Source of the DNA: Chrysomallon squamiferum
Taxonomy: Eukaryota; Animalia; Mollusca
Direction of reading: 5' to 3'
Assembly (NCBI GenBank): GCA_012295275.1
Contig: CM022675.1
Location: forward strand, 17,422,001-17,486,000
Length of the DNA stretch: 64,000 bases
Numbering within the stretch: position 1 is the stretch's first letter; each line of letters begins with the position of its first letter. Positions 63,627-64,000 of the stretch are shown in pieces. The position numbers and the translations under genes are program-made. The notes beneath the pieces are model-generated. The model saw only the letters and a program-made list of their open reading frames with translations, was not told where the DNA came from and did not search any database.

Positions 63627-63743
63627 TTTTAGTTTCAATTTTATCATTAATGTTAATTTCTAAATAATTAAACTATTTTTAGATAGCTGCTGTGAGCCCA
63701 GCTGATATCAATTATGATGAGTCACTTTCAACTCTTCGATATG
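50359..63743 (+). CDS. KIF28: Kinesin-3 family KIF28-like motor protein (5' part; continues beyond the window)
   Basis: Exons 50359-50403, 54000-54206, 54555-54687, 55129-55208, 55816-55927, 56296-56407, 61220-61327, 63164-63365 and 63683-63743. Motifs: KVAVRVRPF|[96 protein letters not shown] and the LTKLL..ALGGN context favour KIF28/KLP-6 over KIF1/13. Confidence 0.9.
50404..53999 (+). other. U12-type (minor spliceosome) AT-AC intron, 3596 nt
   Basis: Donor ATATCCTCTT, branch site TCCTTAAC (53983-53990), acceptor TATTCCTAC. Splicing restores VRPF-NKRE in phase 0. Confidence 0.93.
55984..56178 (+). repeat. Minisatellite of about 37-39 bp, about 5 copies
   Basis: Repeated TAAACTTAGTGGTATATGTTAATTTATA core. 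Confidence 0.85.
58158..62291 (+). repeat. Dispersed direct repeat of about 125 bp (58158-58281 and 62169-62291) flanking kinesin exon 7
   Basis: ACATATTGTTCCT.ACTAGTCATTTTAT.TGGAGAAAAGAAA.CACAGAAAAGAGA...CAATATAATTT in both copies. Confidence 0.8.
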
Positions 63744-64000
63744 GTAAGAATATGAAAACAGCCTACTGAACTTACAAGATGCATAACCTTTTCTACTTAG
63801 TTTAATTATATCCTGTACCTTGATCAAATTAATTTTTTAATTTAAAGAACATGACAGGTCAGGTGTTTTTTGCATGTTACACATAATTAACCATTAAACA
63901 AGATGTAAGATATATTTGTATCCAGTCTAATCATACAGTATCTGCAGGTAATGAAAGCATAATTATTTTAATTATTATAATTATTATTATTATTGACTGA

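Overview
AT-rich, intron-rich animal genomic DNA, probably a mollusc (gastropod-like SINE remnants and an achatin-type neuropeptide; the taxon is an inference). I reconstructed five spliced protein-coding genes by hand. (1) An 84-aa secreted protein with a single chitin-binding (ChtBD2/CBM14) domain (+, 5132-8205). (2) An achatin-family neuropeptide precursor with 9x GYGD plus SYGD and GYGN (-, 9788-10267). (3) A TEX49/SPMIP11-like sperm/ciliary microtubule inner protein (-, 16092-17337). (4) CCT5, head-to-head with gene 3 (+, 18062-46724, 10 exons, 539 aa). (5) The 5' part of a KIF28-like kinesin-3 (+, 50359 onward), whose first intron is a U12-type AT-AC minor-spliceosome intron. CCT5 introns hold three copies of an H/ACA snoRNA predicted to guide 18S rRNA pseudouridylation (SNORA42/SNORA80-like). 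Two of these lie in one intron and bracket an antisense DD41D transposase fragment with a fold-back, which suggests a possible snoRNA-capped lncRNA. The rest is decayed DNA transposons (Tc1, Sola2-like, DD41D, MULE-like, MITEs), SINE fragments and microsatellites. All family assignments come from motif recognition, not database searches.
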